Shown here piece after piece: positions 49,526 to 63,017 of a stretch of DNA of 64,000 nt. Made by a program: the position numbers and the translations under genes. The notes beneath the pieces were generated by a model that did no database searches, was not told the origin of the DNA, and saw nothing but the letters and a program-made list of their open reading frames with translations. The stretch covers positions 23,624,001-23,688,000 of the forward strand of contig NC_086097.1 of assembly GCF_963921235.1 (NCBI RefSeq). The letters are read 5' to 3'. Every line of letters starts with the position of its first letter. Within the stretch, counting starts at the first letter, position 1. The DNA comes from Mobula hypostoma (taxonomy: Eukaryota).

Positions 49526-50334
49526 ACTATAAGTTCTGTTTTTCATATAGTTCTGTACAAGTCTTGAGCAGTGACTCAAACGAGACCACTGGAAGAAAAG
49601 TTTCTCCTGAGATGCTTCCCTGCCAGAATTCACAGTTAATTTTTAAGAAATTCATATGTATGTGTATAATAAGCAAATATTTACATGTGGGGAAGAGTGT
49701 AGGAGGTGAAAAAGATGCTGATTTTAAAACCGAATCATCATTTGCAGGCGTCCTGGGTGATAAATCGAGGCCTCTTCAGCCTGGCCTTTGGAGCCAAATC
49801 CAGGTTTATACTTCACACCCCAAGTAATGTCACCACCTCCATAATCAGTTGTGCCACACACAAGACGTGTGACTACCCTTCTGGTATTTATATTGAATCT
49901 GACTGTCAAACTGCAGTCTTTCATTTATTAGTGCCTCAGTAGATATTTTTAATTGTTGGTATTTGTAATGCAAGGATGAGAAATTCGATAGTCAAATTTT
50001 CAAGAGTTAAACAAATTGAAATCTTAGAGTTATATTTCTACCTCTGCTACAGTTCCATGAGTTCCAGTCGCTCAGCAGGGTCTTGAGACCAACTGATCAA
50101 TGGGCGGTTTACTTAACTCTGGCAAAGGAAAGAAACTTGTCAGGTTCACATGGCAGTGGTTAACTTCCTGTGAGAATGTTTGATTCTCCATCCAATTGAA
50201 TGGTTTAAAACTCCTGAGGTAAATTAACTTGAGTTCAGTTGAATCATTGCACCAATCAAGAAATGGGATCCAACCCAATCTTTAGGTTTCTAACCTGTCT
50301 TGAAATGTATCTACGTTGATCCAGTGACAAAAAC

Positions 50335-50647
50335 AGAGAACGTAGAACATTGCAGCACAGTACAGGCCCTTTGCCCCACTTTAAGCTACTCTATGATCAA
50401 TCTAACCCTTCCCTCCCACCTAGCTCTCCATTTTTCTATCATCTACGCATCTACTTAAGAGTCTCTTAAATGACCCAAATATATCTGCCCATACCACCAT
50501 CCTGGCAGCACCTTTCACACGCTTGTCAGTCTGTGTAAAAAAAAAACCTACCTTCATACTTTCCTTCAAATACCGAAAAATTATAATCCCCTGTATTAGC
50601 CATTTCCACTTTGGGGAAAAGGTACTGGCCATCCACTCCATCAATGC
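50335..50647 (-). mobile_element. CR1 3' fragment
   Basis: GSFKRLLSRCVDDRKM and tail AGAACGTAGAAC...ACAGGCCCTT. Confidence 0.7.
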
Positions 50648-51130
50648 ATAGTCATAGTCATAGTCATACTTTATTGATCCTGGGGGAAATTGGTTTTCGT
50701 TACAGTTGCACCATAAATTATTAAATAGTAATAAAACCATAAATAGTTAAATAGTAATATGTAAATTATGCCAGTAAATTATGAAATGTCCAGGACCAGC
50801 CTATTGGCTCAGGGTGCCTGATCCTCCAAGGGAGGAGTTGTAAAGTTTGATGGCCACAGGCAGGAATGACTTCCTATGACACTCTGTATTGCATCTTGGT
50901 GGAATGAGTCTCTGGCTGAATGTACTCCTGTGTCCACCAGTACATTATGTAGTGGATGGGAGACATTGTCCAAGATGGCATGCAACTTGGACAGCATCCT
51001 CTTTTCAGACACCACCGTCAGAGAGTCCAGTTCCATCCCCACAACATCACTGGCCTTACGAATGAGTTTGTTGATTCTGTTGGTGTCTGCTACCCTCAGC
51101 CTGCTGCCCCAGCACACAACAGCAAACATG
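50648..51130 (-). mobile_element. Rex1/Babar-type LINE 3' fragment with (GACTAT)n tail
   Basis: FAVVCWGS...RINKLIRKASDVVG...ILDNVSHPLH (ORF 50809..51129); CATAGT repeats at 50648-50668. Confidence 0.8.
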
Positions 51131-51853
51131 CAAACAGCAAAATTCCTCTGTTTCTAAGAGCTCTGCACTGGATCTTTCTGTTTCTCATCATTTAAACTCC
51201 ATAAAACTGAGTCATGGGAAGAATGTACAAACTCCTTAGAGACAACAGTGGGAATCAAACCCCAATCAGTGATCAACAGTGCTATAAAGGATAATAAGTA
51301 GATGCCACACAGTTAATGATTCAACCCAGATTCTTAAGTTATAGGTGGTTGAACAAAACTATGATATTTTTATTCTTTATTTTTGTCCTTGAGTTAAGGG
51401 ATTTCAACATTAATTGTGAAAAATGGTGTAGACATTGAACATTCCAGTGTTCTGCTCAAGTGCACAGTAAAGAGAGGCCATTAAAACTACCTGTTGTGCT
51501 TGTAACATGCATCATTAAAACAAGGATAAATAATAATGCAAGCTTATTTCATAGCATTTGATACTTCTAATATTTGCAGTTTTTCCTGCAAGTCTGATAA
51601 TTGCAAATCTACATGACTTCATCATTAGATAATCTTAATATTTAATGTTTCAAACATTCTGGGCCAGATCTTCAAGACAATTGCTCATTTCTTTGATGTA
51701 TTATAATTTTAATGAGAAGCCTTCAAAACGCTCCATGGTATCTCCTTTATTTGTAGCTTCTTTTAACCACGTAACAACCCAGAACACTTGCCCTCACATT
51801 CTGGTTTATTAATCATTCTGAAAACGTATCCACCCCTTTTGTTTCCTTCTCAC

Positions 51854-52172
51854 GGCAGCAAGGTAGTATAGCGGTTAGTGTAACGCTTTACAACACCAGC
51901 AACCTGTGTTCAATACCCATCACTGTCTGTAAAGAGTTTGTGTGTTCTCCCTCTGACCACGTGTGTTTCCTCTGGGTGCTCCGGTTTCTTCCCACATTCC
52001 AAAGACACACAGCCTGTTAAGTTGTGGGCATGCTTTGTTGATGCTGGAAGCATAGCAGCACTTACGGTCTGTCCTCAGCATATTCTCAGACTGTGTTGGT
52101 CATTGACATAAAAAAACATACTTCACTGTATATTTCAATTGTCATGTGACAAATAAAGCTAATCTCTTTTAA
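51854..52172 (+). mobile_element. V-SINE (HE1-like), near full length
   Basis: A-box-like GGTAGTATAGCGGTTAG, B-box-like GTTCAATACC, V-domain and ACAAATAAAGCTAAT tail. Confidence 0.75.
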
Positions 52173-52604
52173 TCTTGTCAATGCTCTCAACCTCGTTCTC
52201 CCAACCTCTTCACCACTTCACTTGGTGATGCTGTCTATATTCCATCTGTGTAGCCTCCAACCTAATGACATGAATATCGATTTCTCCTTCTACACCAAAA
52301 TAATTCCCTCCCCTCTCCTCCTCTTCTATTCCCACTCTGGGCCCTTACCTCTTCTCATCTCCCCCTGAGTACCATCCTCCTTCCCTTTCCGCTCCTCTCC
52401 TATCAGATTCCTTCCTTTCCAGCTCTTTACCTTTCCTGACCCCCTTGCTTCACCTACCTCCTTCTAGCAATCCTCTTTCCCTTCCCCCCGCCTTCTTATT
52501 CTGTCATCTTCTCCCTTCCTTTCCAATCTTTTCAATGCTTGAAATGTCAACTGTTTATTCATTTCTGTAGATACTGCCTGATCTGCTGAGTTCCTTCAGC
52601 TTTT

Positions 52605-54232
52605 TACAAATAAGAGAAAATCTGCTGATGCTGGAAATCCAAGCAACACACACTAAATGCTGGAGGAACTCAGCAGGCCAGGCAGCATTCATAGAAAAAA
52701 AATACAGTCGACGTTTCGGGCTAAAACCCTTCGGCAGGATTAGAGAAAAAAAGCTGAGGAGTAGATTTAAAAGGTGGGGGGAGGGAAGAGAGAACCACCA
52801 GGTGGTAAGTGAAACCTTGAGGGGGAGGGATGAACTAAAGATCTGGGAAGTTGATTGGTGAGATGAGGTGAGAGAGGGCAAAAGGGATTGGTAATGGAGA
52901 AGGTGGGGGAGTGGTGGTGTGGTGAGCACCCATGCTGAACTCATCGACTTCATCCACTTTGCCTCCAACTTCCAACCTGCTCTCTATTTCACCTGGTCCA
53001 TTTCCGACAGCTCCCTTCCTTTTCTCGATCTCAGTGTCTTTGACTCTGGGGACAGCTTATCCACCAATGTCTATTACAAACTCATGGGCTCTCACAGCTA
53101 TCTAGACTACACCTCGTCCCACCCTACTACTTGTAAAAATGCCATCCCTCTTTCTCAATTCCTCCATCTCCACCGCATCTGATCTCAGGATGAAGCTTTT
53201 CAATCTAGAACGAAGGAGATGTCCTCCTTTTTCAAAGAAAGGGGCTTCCCTTCCCCCACCATTAACACTGCCCTCAACTGCATCGTTTCCATTTGCTCTT
53301 ACCCCATCCTCCTACCGCACTACCAGGGACAGGGTTCCTCTTGTCCTCACCTATACCCCACCAGCTTCAGAGTCCAACACATAATTCTCCGAAGCTTCTC
53401 CCACCTCTAAAGGGATCCCACCACCAAGCACATCTTTCCCTCCCACCCACTTTCTGATTTCTGCAGGGATTGCTCCCTAGACGACTCCCTTGTCCATTCG
53501 TCCCTCCCCACCAATGTCCCTCCTGGCACTTATCCTTCCAAAGGAACAAGTTCTACACCTGTCCCTACACCTTCTCCTTGACTACCATCCAGGGCCCTAA
53601 ACAGTCCTTCTAGGTGAGGCAATACTTCACCTGTGAGTCTGTTGCGGTTTTCTTTACTGTGTTTGGTGCTCTTGGTGTGGTCTCCTGTATATCAGAGAGA
53701 TCTGATGTAGATTGGGAGACCGCTTTGCCAATCATCTACACTCTGTCTGCAAGAACAAGCAGGATCTCCCAGTGCCACTGATTTTAATTCCACTTCCCAA
53801 TCCCATTCTGACATGTGCATCCATGGACTCCTCCACTGTTGTGGTGAGGCCACACTTAGGTTGAAGGAACAACACCCCCAACCTGATTGCATGAACATCG
53901 ATTTCTCAAACTTCCAGTTATACCTCCCAACCCTCCCCCCTTCTCCATTACCCATCCTCTTTTCCCTCTCTCACCTCATCTCACCAATCAACTCCCCAGA
54001 TCTTTACTTCATCCCTCCCTGTCCAGGTTTCACCTATCGCATGGTGGTCCTCTCTCCCCTCCCCCACCTTTTAAATCTACTCCTCAGCTTTTTTTCTACA
54101 GTCCTGCTGAATGGTTTCTGCCCGAAACGTTGACTGTATTTCTTTCCATAGATGCTGCCTGCCCTGCTGAGTTCCTCTAGCATTTATGTGCGTTGCTTGG
54201 ATTTCTAGTATCTGCAGAATTTTTCGTGTTTA
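52605..54232 (+). mobile_element. Penelope-like element, 5'-truncated, with inverted terminal repeat
   Basis: RT C-terminal part (FTWSISDSSLPFLDLSV, YLDYTSSHP, IPLSQF) and GIY-YIG remnant YCVWCSWCGLLYIREI*CRLGDRF from 53655; 52605-52915 is an inverted copy of ~53930-54232. Confidence 0.88.
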
Positions 54233-55010
54233 TGATTTACTTCTCCTTTCTGCTTTAAGATGTATCTTAGAATCAATCTCCAAATAAATTTATGATCATC
54301 GTCCTTACCAGATTTGGAATATGCAATTGGAAATGGTTTATTTGTGTCAAATTTACTGAGATATAGTGAAAAATGTTTTTTTTAAGTGCCATCCATCAGA
54401 TCATGCCACATTAAGGTAGTAAAAAGGGAAAATGGCATGCAAAATGTAGCGTTACAGTTGCAGGTAGACAACTAATGCACAAAGGCCATGGTGAACCAGA
54501 CTGGGAGATCAAAAATGTATCTATTGGTGTATGAGAAGTCAATTGAAGGTTCTGTAACAGTTGTCCTTGAGCATGGTGACAAGCGCTCTTAATTTTTTTG
54601 TATCTTCTGCCCAATTGGAGGGGGAGAGAAGAGAGGAAGACCAGGATGGGAGGAATCCTTGAATATTTTAGCTGCTTTCATCAGGCAGCAGGGAGCACAC
54701 ACCGAGTCAATGGAAGTGAGATTGGTTTCCGCGATGGACCGGTTCATTCACAAGCACTCCACAGTTTCCCCAGGGTCTTATGTAGAGCTGAGATGCATAT
54801 CAAGCTGTGAAGCATCTGAACAGGATGTGTTCGGTCTGTTCTATAATCCTCCTGCAGTGCAGTGTTGCTCGAGGTTAAATGAATGGCTCCGTTCCTCATG
54901 CAGCTGCCACAGTGATGTATCTCAATTCCAGCAGAATCTCATTTCACACAAAATTGTATAGATCTGGTAACATTTCTGTGCCCCCATCCACCTTCCTAAC
55001 AGCTATTAAT

Positions 55011-55558
55011 CAAAGTTCAAAGTTTAAAATAAATTTTATTATTCGAGTACATAATATGTCACCATATACAACCTGAGATTCATTTTCCTATGGGTATACT
55101 CTGCAAAGATATAGAATAGTAACTATAACAGGATCAATGAAAGATCAACTAGAGTGCAGAAGACAACAAACTGTGCAAATGCCAGTGTAAATAAATAGCA
55201 AAAAATAACAAGAACATGAAGTAGCAAGGTAAAGTACTTGAATTGAGATCATTAGTTGTGGGAACATCTCAATGGATGGGCAAGTGAGTGTAGTTATCCC
55301 CTTTTGTTCAAGAACCTGATGGTTGAGGGGTAGTGACTGTTCTTGAACCTGATCATGCGCGTCCTGAAGCCCTTGTACCTTCTGCCTGATGGCAGCAGCG
55401 AGAAAAGAGCACGGCCAGGGTGGTGAGGACCTCTGGTAATGGTTGTTGTTTTCCTACGACAGCGTTTCATGTAGATGTGCTCTATGATTGGGGGTGGTTT
55501 TTCCATGATGTACCGTGCGAATCTATTACCTTTTGTATGATTTTCCGTTCAAGGGCAT
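55011..55558 (-). mobile_element. Rex1/Babar-type 3' fragment
   Basis: PHHPGRALFSLLPSGRRYKGFRTRMIRFKNSHYPSTIRFLN (ORF 55294..55506). Confidence 0.8.
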
Positions 55559-56164
55559 AAACACAAGAGATTCTGCAGATGCTGGAAATCCAAAGTAGTA
55601 CAAACACAATGCTGGAGGAACTCAACAGTTCAGGCAGCATCTATAGAAAAGAATGAACAATCAACATCTAGGCAGAGACCCTTCATCAGAACTGTTAATT
55701 TCCTTCAAAAGCTCAAGCTGACCCATGGTGTTTAACTGATCAACTTGGAATGGGGTAGAGGAGAAACAAGGAAAGATTAAAAAAACAATAATTCTATTCA
55801 GATTCAGGAAATACACTTTTTAAAAAAAAAGTGATGTGTAATTCTAAAGAAAGAATTATAAATTCAATACAAAGAAACATAATTATAATTACAGAGAGCT
55901 TCAGATTTAAAATTGCAGTACCTACAAAAATGGTACCATTAGGCAAAACAATGAATTCATTTTGTAGCTCAGTTATTCAAAGAGTGCAGCTGTGTGGACC
56001 CTGATCATTGAGCAACACTGGGTCTCTGTGTGTTGATGCAGAATGTGCTTCTGACTGCAATCCGTTCATCCCTGCAAATTCAGAAGGAAACATTACACAC
56101 TTGCCATTTTGTTTTTTTGGATTCAACACCGCCTTTGTGGGAAACTTTGAGGATATACAAGCGC

Positions 56165-57392
56165 AGTAGATAGAGGGGAATGGATGGATATTATTTACTT
56201 GGATTTCCAGAAGGCATTCAGTAAGGTGCCACGTAAAAAACTTATCCATAGGATAAGGATGCATAGAGTTGGGTGTGATGTATTAGCATGGATAGAGGAT
56301 TGGCTAACTAACAGAAAGCAGAGAGTTGCATATTTCGTATATTCTTATGTTACTCTGGTTGGTAATCAGTGGTGAGCAGTGTGCTTGCTGCAAGGGTCAG
56401 TGCTGGGCCCGCAACGGTTCATGATATACATTAACGATCTGGAAAAGGGGACCAAGTGTAGTCTATCTAAGTTTTCTGGTGATAGTAAATTGAGTGGAAA
56501 ATCAAAATGTGCCGGGGAGTCTACAGAGAGATTTAGATAGGTTAAGTGAGTGGGCAAGGGGCTGGCAGATGGAGTACAATGTTGGTAAATGCGAGGTCAT
56601 CCACTTTGGAAGGAAAAATGTGAGATCAGATTATTATTTAAATGGTAAAAAAATGCAGCATACTGCTGTGCAGAGGGACTTGGGAGTGTTTGTGCATGAA
56701 TCACAGAAGGCTGCTTTGCAGATGCAGCAAGCTATCAAGAAGGCAAATGGAATGTTGGCCTTCATTGCTAGAAGGATTGAATTTAAGAGCAGGGAGGTTA
56801 TGCTGCAACTGTACAGGGTACTGGTGAGGCCGCACCTGAAGTACTGCGTGCAATTCTGGTCTCCTTACTTGAGGAAGGATATACTGGCCTTGGAGGCAGT
56901 GCAGAGGAGGTTCACCAGGTTGATTCCGGAGATGAGGGTTTAGGCTATGAGGAGAGATTGAGTTACTTGGGACTATACTCGGTGGAATTCAGAAGAATGA
57001 GAGGAGATCTTAAACAAAATTATGAGAGGGATAGATAAGATAGAGGCAGGAAAGTTGTTTCCACTGGTAGGTGAGACTAGAACTAAGGGATATAGCTTCA
57101 AGATTAGTGGGATTAGATTTAGAATGGAGATGAGGAGGAACTGCTTTTCCCAGAGAGTGGTGAATCTGTGGAATTCTCTGTCCAATAAAGCGGTGGAGGC
57201 TACCTCAGTAAATATATTTAAGATAAGTTTGGATAGATTTTTGCATAGTAGGGGAATTAAGGGTTATGGGGAAGAGGCAGGTAGGTGGAGATGTGTCCAT
57301 GGCCAGATCAGTCATGATCTTTTTGAATTGTGGAGTAGGCTCGATGGGCCAGATGGCCTACTCCTGTTCCTATTTCTTATATTCTTATGTAA
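56165..57392 (+). mobile_element. CR1 LINE, 5'-truncated and decayed
   Basis: DIIYLDFQKAFSKVP, WQMEYNVGKC, LVRPHLKYCVQFWSP, FSQRVVNLWNSL; tail TTCTTATATTCTTATG. Confidence 0.9.
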
Positions 57393-57799
57393 CTTTGTGA
57401 CATTCAGAGGGAGTGCCCATTGAATCTTTGTGCAGCCTTGGGGAATTGATCTGAAGCAGTACTGCCTTAAAGTTGTTTCAAAGAAGATCAAAGTCCAACG
57501 TTTGAAGTATTATTTATTATCAAATTACCAATATGTCACCATGCACTACCTTGATATTCATTTTTTGCAAGCATTCATAGTAGAACAAAGAAATACAATA
57601 TAATCAGTGAAAATCTACACACAAAGATGAACAGCCAATGTGCAAAAGAAGAAAGACTGTGCAAATGCAATAAATAAATAATACTGAGAACAAGAATTGA
57701 AGAGTTCTTGAGAGTGAGTCTATAGCTTGTGGAATCAGTTCAGAGCTGAGATTATTCATGCTGGTTCAGGAGCCTGGTGGTTGAAGGGTAAGATGGATG

Positions 57800-58385
57800 A
57801 CATCAACTGCCCCCTGATGGATCTAACACCTCATCTGACTAACCGATTCATAAAGTCATATAATCAAACAAGCAGAAATCGGTCTATTGACCCGATGGCC
57901 TTTGCCAACTATCAAATATTGGAGGAGGCCAACATGACCAGCAACTCCACCACAAAAAAACAACACCAACTCCGATGGATAGGTCATGCCATCTGGATGC
58001 CTAATTCATGTCTCCCCACACAGATCCCTTACTCCCAGTTGAGGAAAGGCCAGCGAGCCCCTGGTGGGCAAAGAAAGCACTTCAAAGATAACATCCATAT
58101 CAGCCTAAAGAAAGTCAACAATAAACTGAGGAGACATTACATTCCATAGATGCTCCTGGAGGAAATCTGTTCGAGGAGGGCGCTATGCCACATGGGAACA
58201 ACCTCCACAGTGGCGCAGAGAACGTGACAGCTGTGAAACCAAAAGACCAACCACTAATCACAGCCACACTTACTCATGTCCATATTGCACCAAAATATGT
58301 GGATCCCTGATCAGCAACTACAGCCACCTGAGGACCCTTCCAATAGACAGCCCCTGAGGAGGACGTCATACTTGACTCCAGTGAA
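57800..58385 (+). mobile_element. RTE (BovB-like) LINE 3' fragment
   Basis: QLRWIGHAIWMPNSCLPTQIPYSQLRKGQRAPGGQRKHFKDNI and a C-terminal CPYCTKICGSLISNYSHLRT zinc-finger remnant. Confidence 0.8.
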
Positions 58386-60432
58386 TGCACTGTACTACCA
58401 ACCATCTACCATTCACTTACACCAATCACAGACTGATTCCAGTTTATTCTGGCCACATTCCAATGAGCTTCCCCGAGATTCTACCACACACTAGGGGCAA
58501 TCTACATACTGGGGACAAGTTACATCCATTTAACCTACCAACCCTCGAGCCTGATGGACGTGAGAGGAAACTGAAGCACCCAGAGGAAGCCCAATTGGTC
58601 ACTGCAAAGAATGTGCGAACTCCACAGGGACAGTGTCTGAGGTCAGCATCAAGCCTGAGTCATTGGAGCTACTGCTAGCTGCGCCACTGTGCCATCCAAA
58701 ACTATATGATGTACAGTCCTGCTGAAGGGTTTCAGCTCGAAACCTCAACTCTACTCTTTTCCTAAATGCTGCCTGGCCTGCTGAGTTCCTCCAGCATTTT
58801 GTATGTGTTAATGTAGCTTTAGAGTGGCAACTGAATCTTTTCCAAAATACAAATGTTTAGTGGGATGATAAATACTCTTGTTCTTGTGGGACACTTCCTT
58901 TGAAGTATCATGTTCTTTTATCCCATGTATCACAATTTCCTTCCCTTCACTGTTCTGAAATTGCCCCACAAAATGTCTCCTCTGACTGGCTTCTGACCTC
59001 TTATCCTGCTACCCCCACAAATGGCTTAGTGTCTGTCCTTTGACAACATTTCTCTTAAAATAACATTTAATCACGCAGTTTCTCCAGTGGTTCATTTTGT
59101 TTTCGTCCAGATGTCATAGAACATAAAATAGTTTTACAAGAACAGGCCCTTCAGCCCACAATGTTATGCCAAACCAAATAAATTGGTAATCAAGTGCCCA
59201 GCTAAATTAATCTCTTCTATCTACATAATGTCCATATCCTTCCATTTTCCTCACATTCATGTGCCTATCTTGATGCCACCTAAAACGACTTGAAGGGGCA
59301 GAAGGGCCTATTCCATAAACACAAGGAATTCTGCAGGTGCTGGAAATTCAAGCGACACACATCAAAGTTGCTGGTGAACGCAGCAGGCCAGGCAGCGTCT
59401 CTAGGAAGAGGTACAGTCAACATTTCGGGCCGAGACCCTTTGTCAGGACCTATTCCGTGCTGTATTTCAATAAATATATTTTTTAAAGTTAACTCTGATG
59501 TATCTTTCAAGCCTCAGAATTCAGGGGAATAGATTTCAGATGGCGATGAAGAGGAACTTCTTTTCCTAGAGAGTAGTGAATCTGTGGAATTCTCTGCCTG
59601 GGAAGCAGTAAATACTACCTTATTAAATATATTTAAGGCACAGTTAGATAGATTTTTGCATGATAGAGGAATTGAGGGCTAAGGGGAAAAGGCAGGTAGG
59701 TAGAGCTGAGCCACGGCCAGATCAGCCATGATCGTATTGAATGGTGGAGCAGACTCAATGGGCCAGATGGCCGATTCCTGTTCCTGTTTCTTATATTCAG
59801 ATTTTCTTAATGGGTTAGATTTCAATATTATCTGACTCACATCCTTAATTTCTGCAAGCTGAATCTATTAAATACTTTTGAAGTGAAGCTACTGTTATAA
59901 CATAGGAAGTACAGTTACCAATTTGCACATTACATGTTCCCGGAAACATTAACAAGATTGTGAATAGATAATCTCCTTTCTGTGATGTTGATTCAATGAT
60001 AAATGTTAGCTTGGATACCAGGGATATTTTACTTGCCGTTCTTCAAAAGTCTGCCAAAAGATCTTCAAGAATGAGATATAAAGGCAAACCAGGCTCTTGA
60101 ATCAGTGTGGATAACTTCACTCACCTCAACTCTGAACTGATTCAACAATCACTGGACGCTTTCCAGGACTCTACAACTCATGTTCCCAGTCTTATTATTT
60201 TGTTTAATTGTCAACTTATTTATTTATGTTTCTTTTTTGTATTTGCACGGTTTGTCTTCTTTAGCACGCAGGTTCTTTGTCCGTCTTTGTGTGCAGTTTT
60301 TCATTGATTCTCTTGTATTTCTGTTGTCTGCAAGCAAATTAATCTCAGGATAGCATATGGTGACATATTTATACTCTGATTATAAACTTACTTGGAAATT
60401 TGAAATGGGCTGTTTATTTAACATCCCAAAAT

Positions 60433-60950
60433 TAGAATGAGAATCAGGTTTATTATCACTGATGTACACCATGAAATTTGTTGTTTTGTGGCAGCAGTAC
60501 TGTGCAAAACATATAAATTCCTATAAAGTGAGAATGAATAAATGAATAATTGTGTGAAAGAGGAATAGTGAGATAGTGTTCATGGTGTCGTGAACTGTTC
60601 AGAAATTTGATGGTTGAGGGGAAGAAGCTGTTCCTCCCTAATGCTAATAATGGGAATAGGGCATGCCCCGGATGGTGAAAGTCCTAATAATGGATGCTGC
60701 CTTCTTGAGGCACTTTGTTTTGAAGATGCCCTCAATGGTAGAGAGAATTGCGCTTTTGCTTGAGCTGGCTGAGTCAACAATCCTCTGAAGCCTCTTTCGA
60801 TCCTGCACATTGGAGCTTCCCCACCAGGGGGAGATACAAGTGCTCAGAATGCTCTCCACCACACATCTGTCGAAATTCGTTAGGTTATCTGATGACATAC
60901 CAAATCTCATCAAACTCCTATGGAAGCTTTGTAACTGCTGTGCCTTCTTT
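60433..60950 (-). mobile_element. Rex1/Babar-type 3' fragment
   Basis: NFDRCVVESILSTCISPWWGS...DRKRLQRIVDSA...CLKKAASII (ORF 60644..60985). Confidence 0.8.
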
Positions 60951-61131
60951 GGGACCTGAAACTGTTCACACGAAGCTGACACCACTGGGAAAAAAAGACT
61001 GGCACAATTGTCTGAGTAACACTCCCTCAGTGATATTTAAGTGTTTCAGCCTGCATTTTTGTTGCCAGGTTTCCAGACTGGGCATGAGCCACAAGCTTAA
61101 ACACAGGGATGAAAGTGCTACCCATAAACTA

Positions 61132-61357
61132 CAACACAAGAGATTCTGCAAATGCTGGAAATCAAGAGTCATACACACAAGATACTGGAGGAAATCATCA
61201 CATCAGGCAGCATCTTTGTCAGCAAACAGTCAACATATTGGGCTGAGCCCCTTTATCAGGAACAATCATCCTGATCTCAGCCCGAAACGTCGACAATTTA
61301 TTTTTCTCCATAGATGCTGTCTGGACTGATGAGTTCTTCCAGTATCTTGTGGGTATT
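61132..61357. mobile_element. Fold-back unit of two inverted Penelope-like termini
   Basis: CACAAGATACTGGAGGAA ... TTCTTCCAGTATCTTGTG inverted arms; central GGGCTGAG...ATCAGGA / TCCTGAT...CTCAGCCC. Confidence 0.75.
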
Positions 61358-61721
61358 AACAATAAACCACAGTAGACAATGCAGGTCTCCAGTGATTTTA
61401 ATCTAATAGCCACGTGATGAATTCTAGATAGTCTAGTAGTTTAAAATCTAGAAGAATTCTACCTTCATTTTTTAATATATAATCCAGAAGCTGCTATTAA
61501 AATCTTATAGGTTTTCATTCTCTCTCTTATTATTAATGATTTGGCCACCGACCTTTTTTATTTCAAAAGATCACTCCGTGTTTCTTTGGAAACTATTAGG
61601 GAAGAAAACACATTTTCTGCATCACAAATTTTATTTGGAAAAGAAAATGCTAATCTCTCCTTGCAGCTCCGGAATGTCTTTGCACGTCTTCCAGGGTGCT
61701 TAGTGCTAGGAGCTATGGTGA

Positions 61722-61972
61722 TGGGGCTGCCAATCCTACAGGATTGTCCCAGAGTCATCAGGAAATAACGATTAATCTTGCCCGCCAGCAACCCAGGAGA
61801 GAAACAGATTTCAAAAATGAGTTTCTTTGTAATTATATTTGCACACTTAGTTTAATGGTTTTAAAATTGTCTGCATTGGGAGGTGGGGAAGAACTTATTG
61901 AATGAATGGGACAGTCAGAGGCAGGCAAGACCTCCAGGAATACTGTGTTCCCAATTAGTGTTGGCAGTCCTA
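61722..61972. mobile_element. Old MITE with TAGGGTTGCCA-like TIRs
   Basis: Left TGGGGCTGCCAAT versus reverse complement of right end TAGGACTGCCAAC (10 of 13 match); no TSD remains. Confidence 0.5.
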
Positions 61973-63017
61973 CCCGCAGATGGATGGAAAGCACTAAGTG
62001 CTGTATCTCCAGATTGCCGCTTTGCAGCATTGGCTACCTTTGGGAGGCATCCAATGTCTTTTGGTTGATATTTACTTTTTTTTCGGTCTTTTTGTGTAAA
62101 ACTGTCTGGCAATCTGTGACAGAAACATGAAGGAGGAGGTGCTTCTGTTTCTCGCTCACTCCAATTGACTTGGCATGACCTGTTGCTGTGGGCTCCAGCA
62201 GAAGCAGGCTGCAATTTAACTCGCTCCTTCTCCGCTCTGGCTGTTATTATTTGTAATTACAAATCATTATCTCTTGTCTTTTCTCCACCAGCCACAATGC
62301 AGAGAGTGATTTACATGAATAGCATTCTGATTTCGAAGAGAACAAGCGAGTGCGTGTGAGGCAGAGAGATAAAGAAGGGCACTTGAGCATCGCGTTTCTG
62401 AACATTGCACCATCGTATTGTTAATGCATCCTTTTGTTACAAGCTTATTGTTATGAACTCAGCTTCCAAATTATATTAATGAACTTGACATATATGGACA
62501 ACCTTGCAGCCCTCACCTCTTCTCCCCCACCGCCCCATTCCCCAAAGAAACTGCCTCTTGGCACCGTATGTAATTTTAGGACCAAATGAATTTGCACAGC
62601 AATTTACCTTACACTTGAAGCCGTTCTGCTTTTGTTTTAGAAAATGTAGAACATACACACTCAGAGGTCGCTGTTTAAGAGCATAATATTTTGAGTAAAA
62701 ATGCACAAAGATACCTATATTGCTTAGTAACCTGAATAGTTTATTTCAACAATCAGTCTTTATTGTGAGTCTTGATTAAATGCCTTTTTGTTTGCTTATT
62801 TGCATTTCAGTATGTAATGACTTGAATTCCTATTTGCCATGTAGTCCCCACAGCTCTGAGCACAGGAATTCTTTGGGATCTGACTCGACTCCACTTGGAA
62901 AATACCATAAGATTTAAGTTAGTGTTGAATGAATGATACATTTTAAGTCGGACTTCATGGAGAATTGCTCTAAGTTCCATTGAGATAGAACCAAGCAATC
63001 TTTAGCTTTTACCTGAA

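Noticed and set aside
60748..61329. 193-aa plus-strand ORF
   Set aside because: It crosses an antisense Rex1 fragment, unique DNA and a Penelope fold-back unit, so it is a chance frame.
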